Shown: positions 60,957 through 64,000 of the stretch, one piece after another | Layout of the letters: each line of letters starts with the position of its first letter | Numbering within the stretch: position 1 is the first letter of the stretch | Virus record (IMG/VR): IMGVR_UViG_3300034107_000725 | Span: 129,991 to 193,990 of that record | Reading direction: 5' to 3' (one strand) | Source: a virus | Length of the DNA: 64,000 nt | The notes under the pieces: model-generated | Told to the model about the DNA's origin: nothing | What the model saw: the letters and a program-made list of their open reading frames with translations, nothing else | Database searches by the model: none | Program-made: the position numbers and the translations under genes

Positions 60957-61534
60957 GTGACATGACAGTAAAAGAGTTTTTTGACTTTCACCGCCTCCCG
61001 GATGAAGTGCCTGAACATGACAAAGATAGCTACCTTGAGACAAAGGAAAGTTACGACAAATTCCGCAAATGGGCCTTGGACCGCGACAAGACCATGCAGG
61101 AGTGCTGGCTAAACGTATCTAACTTTGGATGGCTTCTCTGTATGGCTGTTCATCCTGGCGTGCTCACTGCCAAAGAGAAGGCACAGTTTGGGCTGTATTG
61201 CTGCGAGATGGTCCGACACCACTTGACCGATTTTCGAGCCATCGCGGCCATCTCGTTATATCGTCGGTGGGTCGAGAGCGGGATCAGCGAGGAGGAACTG
61301 GAGCTGGCCGGGTGGGCGGCAGGTAATTTTTGGGAGGAAGAAGATAATCATGCGGCGACCTGGGCTGGCTGCACCGTGGCAGCGGCTGTTAACTACTCCC
61401 ACCGCAGTAAGGACGCTGCTCCCGATATTCTGGAGGTGGCCGATGCTGCCACCAAAGCAGGCGTAAACCCGGTTCGGCTGATTCACTGGTTTCGCGTCCG
61501 CACTAAACCCAATTTCACCAAGAAAGAAGGCTGA
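60953..61534 (+). CDS. Imm5-like helical protein, paralog B
   Basis: DMTVKEF..., KTMQECW...WLL.MA, AQFGLYCCEMVRHHLTDFRAIAAI: aligns with the upstream gene. Confidence 0.5.
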   Translation: MSDMTVKEFFDFHRLPDEVPEHDKDSYLETKESYDKFRKWALDRDKTMQECWLNVSNFGWLLCMAVHPGVLTAKEKAQFGLYCCEMVRHHLTDFRAIAAISLYRRWVESGISEEELELAGWAAGNFWEEEDNHAATWAGCTVAAAVNYSHRSKDAAPDILEVADAATKAGVNPVRLIHWFRVRTKPNFTKKEG

Positions 61535-61535
61535 T

Positions 61536-62372
61536 ATGAGTTCTCAAGGTTCCAACGCGATTCAGGCGTTTGTCTTCCCACAGACAAAGCAGAAGGTTCG
61601 AGTATTCGTTGACCCAGACGGCACATTGTGGTTTGTGGCCGCCGATGTCTGTCGGGAGTTGGGGTATGCAAAAGTTTGGAATGCCATCGAGCGGCACTGT
61701 AAACCAGAGGGTACTGCGAAACGCAGTATCCTTACAGATGGAGGCACGCAAGAGGTTACGGTCATCAACGAGGCCAACCTCTACCGTTTGATTATTCGGT
61801 CAAATGCTCCCAACGCCGAGCCGTTTCAAGATTGGGTGAGCGAAGAAGTTTTGCCGTCGATCCGCAAAACTGGATCATACGGGCACAAACCCCAGCAACA
61901 GCTTGATCTGACCAACCTGGATCCTGACGTGATGCTTGATGCGTTGATCAACGTCCAGCAGCTTCGGAAAGAGGAAAAGGCCAAACTGCTTGAGCTTCAG
62001 GAAGAAAAGGCAAAGCTGGAAGTCAGGCTCGAAGCCCAGACACCCGTGGTCAATGCTATCAAGCGGCTGGCAGCCGCTGAGGGTTCAATCTGCATTCAAC
62101 AAGCAGCCAAGGCACTGAAGATGCGACCAACGGACCTGACAGACCACATGCTCAATTGCGGTTGGCTTTACATGCGACCACCATCCACCCGCAAGATTGC
62201 CTACCAGGAAAAAATCAAACAGAAATGGATGGTCTGCCACCAGGACACGAAGTCCTTATCTGGCGGTCGCGAACTGCTCTATGTTCAGTACAAAATCACA
62301 GGTCTGGGTTTGCTGCGACTGGCACGCGAACTCGACTTCGAAATTGACAAGATTGAAAGTAACGACGACTAA
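61536..62372 (+). CDS. Phage antirepressor, BRO-N + KilAC/ANT C-terminal domain
   Basis: WFVAADVCRELGY...INEANLYRLIIRS..PNAEPFQDWVSEEVLPSIRKTGSY (BRO-N), coiled coil, EGSICIQQAAKAL...GWLY...KITGLG (KilAC). Confidence 0.92.
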   Translation: MSSQGSNAIQAFVFPQTKQKVRVFVDPDGTLWFVAADVCRELGYAKVWNAIERHCKPEGTAKRSILTDGGTQEVTVINEANLYRLIIRSNAPNAEPFQDWVSEEVLPSIRKTGSYGHKPQQQLDLTNLDPDVMLDALINVQQLRKEEKAKLLELQEEKAKLEVRLEAQTPVVNAIKRLAAAEGSICIQQAAKALKMRPTDLTDHMLNCGWLYMRPPSTRKIAYQEKIKQKWMVCHQDTKSLSGGRELLYVQYKITGLGLLRLARELDFEIDKIESNDD

Positions 62373-62392
62373 CCCAAAGAAAGAAGGTTGAG

Positions 62393-62749
62393 ATGAGAAC
62401 CCTTGAACATGCGGCAAAGCGACTGGCACTTGTCGCGGCAAACACAACTGCGGATCTGATTGGCTTTGACGGTGCCGAAGAGTTAGACGAGGCAATCGAC
62501 CATGTCAAACGACTGCTGATGCCTGAGACCGACCATGGCTGGGAGGTGTTGGTCCTGGTGGATGCGGACAACCACCTGAACATCTACATCACCAACACGA
62601 ACAGCTCCGAGATCTATGAGTGTGACACCGGGCAAGGTGATCGCGGGTCCGGCGAAGAGCTGGCTCTGCGATACACCACCGACGTGATAGAGGATGAAGC
62701 GGACAACAACCCGTATTTTGAAGACGACGACTCCCAGGAAGAAGGCTGA
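62393..62749 (+). CDS. Hypothetical acidic protein
   Basis: Flanked by junction motifs on both sides. Confidence 0.6.
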   Translation: MRTLEHAAKRLALVAANTTADLIGFDGAEELDEAIDHVKRLLMPETDHGWEVLVLVDADNHLNIYITNTNSSEIYECDTGQGDRGSGEELALRYTTDVIEDEADNNPYFEDDDSQEEG

Positions 62750-62750
62750 G

Positions 62751-62990
62751 ATGAACCTACAAGATCTTGCAAATAAGTATGCCTACGCAATTTTGACATG
62801 TGACGGCAGCACGAGTGATATCAACTCTGTGTTGCAATCATGGTCAGAAGGCAAGGAACGCGACGACGTCATGGTGTGGAACAGGTTTGAAGACTGTGAT
62901 CCGGAAGAACTTGAGTGCGAGCACACGGCTCTTGCTGATGCCTTTCTTAGGTTCCACGAAGAGGCAACTAACTCCAAGAAAGAAGGTTGA
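62751..62990 (+). CDS. Hypothetical protein
   Basis: ATG 62751 right after a junction motif. Confidence 0.6.
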   Translation: MNLQDLANKYAYAILTCDGSTSDINSVLQSWSEGKERDDVMVWNRFEDCDPEELECEHTALADAFLRFHEEATNSKKEG

Positions 62991-62991
62991 G

Positions 62992-63270
62992 ATGAGAACA
63001 AAATCAGAGTTCATAAACCGTGTCAAAGAATACGGCTTTCTACCCTACGAGAAACCATGCAAGTCAGTCGGGAACAATCACGATTTCTGTGCCTTCTCTG
63101 CGATCACTGTTATGAAAGATGGACTAGACGCCATCATCCTATGGCAGAATCGCGAAGTACTCACATCAGGTGATGTCGAGAACGATGATCTTGTAACAAT
63201 CATCGGCGGTTTTGAGAAACACACACAGTTGCTGATTCAAATCCTATGGGGGATCGATAGCGACGACTAA
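62992..63270 (+). CDS. Hypothetical protein
   Basis: ATG 62992 right after a junction motif; its stop lies inside the left 82-bp arm. Confidence 0.6.
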   Translation: MRTKSEFINRVKEYGFLPYEKPCKSVGNNHDFCAFSAITVMKDGLDAIILWQNREVLTSGDVENDDLVTIIGGFEKHTQLLIQILWGIDSDD

Positions 63271-63645
63271 AATCTACAACATAAAGTTCCTAATTTTAGG
63301 AACTTTATGTTATTATATCTCTTACAGAGATATATAAAGCAGGGGATAGATCCCCCTGCTGTTTGGTAAGCAAGGTAAGTTGGGCAAGATCAAGGCCTAG
63401 TCAAAAAGATTGGTTCAGCCGTGGCTTTGACTGTGTTAGTAATAGCCGCCGCGGTGGGTATTACTAACATCGTCAAGGTCACAAAACAACAGCGATAACC
63501 ACAAGTTTTACTAGCTGCCTATCTTGCCCTGTATATCTAAAATCAAGGGCTTTATGGCCCTGATTTATATATCTCTGTAAGAGATATAATAACATAAAGT
63601 TCCTAAAATTAGGAACTTTATGTTGTAGGTTTTAGTCGTCGCTAT
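63257..63645. repeat. Large fold-back element: 82-bp inverted arms (1 mismatch) with nested palindromes
   Basis: 63257-63338 is the reverse complement of 63564-63645 except at 63273/63629. Each arm holds AACATAAAGTTCCTAA-TT-TTAGGAACTTTATGTT (63278-63311). Central stem TGTTAGTAATA/TATTACTAACA lies on the same axis. Confidence 0.95.
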
Positions 63646-63686
63646 GAACTCTGATTTTGTTCTCATCTCAACCTTCTTTCTTTGGG

Positions 63687-64000
63687 TTAGTCGTCGTTAC
63701 TTTCAATCTCGTCGATCTCGACTTTGAGTTCACTGGCCAGTCGCAGCAAACCCGAGCCTGTGATTTTGTACTGGACATAGAGCAGTTCGCGACCGCCAGA
63801 TAAGGACTTCGTGTCCTGGTGGCAGACCATCCATTTCTGTTTGATTTTTTTCCTGGTAGGCAATCTTGCGGGTGGACGGTGGACGCATGTAAAGCCAACT
63901 GGTCCTGAACATGTGGTTCGTCAGGTCCGTTGGTCGCATCTTCAGTGCCTTGGCTGCTTGTTGAATGTTAACCGCGCCCTCGGAGGCTGCCAGCCGTTTG
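63687..64000 (-). pseudogene. Second, diverged antirepressor (KilAC) copy, frameshifted; runs off the window
   Basis: Reverse complement aligns to 62060-62372 with scattered substitutions. T7 at 63845-63851 versus A6 at 62209-62214 shifts the frame to a stop at 63730. Confidence 0.75.

Larger units (their letters stand above)
61518..62999 (+). repeat. Recurrent gene-junction motif CC(A)A(A/G)GAAAGAAGG(C/T)TGA(G/T)ATG
   Basis: Copies before the ATGs at 61536, 62393, 62751 and 62992; looser copies before 59897, 60143 and 60953; one inverted copy at ~63664-63689. Confidence 0.85.

Noticed and set aside
61518-62999. Junction motif as a CRISPR or attC array
   Set aside because: The units are whole genes of 240-860 nt and the motif is not palindromic, so it is neither a CRISPR repeat nor an attC site.
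63278-63311. Literal FRT site / vector contamination
   Set aside because: Only the 9-nt AAGTTCCTA half-sites match; the spacing differs (4 versus 14 nt), the TCTAGAAA core is absent, and the context is native phage sequence.
63565-63666. 33-aa minus-strand ORF (MRTKSEFIATTKTYNIKFLILGTLCYYISYRDI) reading through the right palindrome arm, toxin-like hydrophobic patch
   Set aside because: Explained as an accidental fusion created by the deletion that joined the start of gene 62992 to the arm.
62060-64000. Inverted duplication as a pure assembly chimera
   Set aside because: The copies differ by many substitutions and two clean deletions, which a read fold-back would not create. A read-level check is still advised.

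Overview
64 kb of a large (probably jumbo) myovirus-type phage genome in the standard genetic code. 1-32.3 kb is a single + strand tail/baseplate block. It contains a tail-assembly chaperone pair with an in-frame -1 slippery site, a 1667-aa tape measure protein, a hub, gp25-like, gpJ-like and gpI-like wedge genes, five paralogous Cys-rich tail proteins, a Cys-repeat plus collagen fibre and a GT9-GT2 glycosyltransferase. Two non-structural inserts sit inside this block: a sigma-70-family sigma factor, and a 7-gene cassette with an MMP-like matrixin zymogen, a papain-like C1 protease and membrane proteins. 32.5-63.3 kb is mostly small accessory genes: csrA, DUF1257/DUF2997/Ycf46-like AAA ATPase, DUF3150-like, GP88-like, a degenerate primase-like gene, terminase large subunit (- strand), 2OG-Fe(II) prolyl-hydroxylase-like, dcd, ParB-like, stand-alone RNAP alpha-CTD, GT2 and a BRO/KilAC antirepressor. 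The window ends in a ~390-bp fold-back element (82-bp inverted arms, each holding a 34-bp palindrome) flanked by two convergent antirepressor copies; the right copy is diverged, frameshifted and deleted through a recurrent gene-junction motif. I saw no tRNA, rRNA, CRISPR array, integrase or reverse transcriptase. All family assignments come from motif recognition by eye, not database searches. A Planctomycetota host is an inference.
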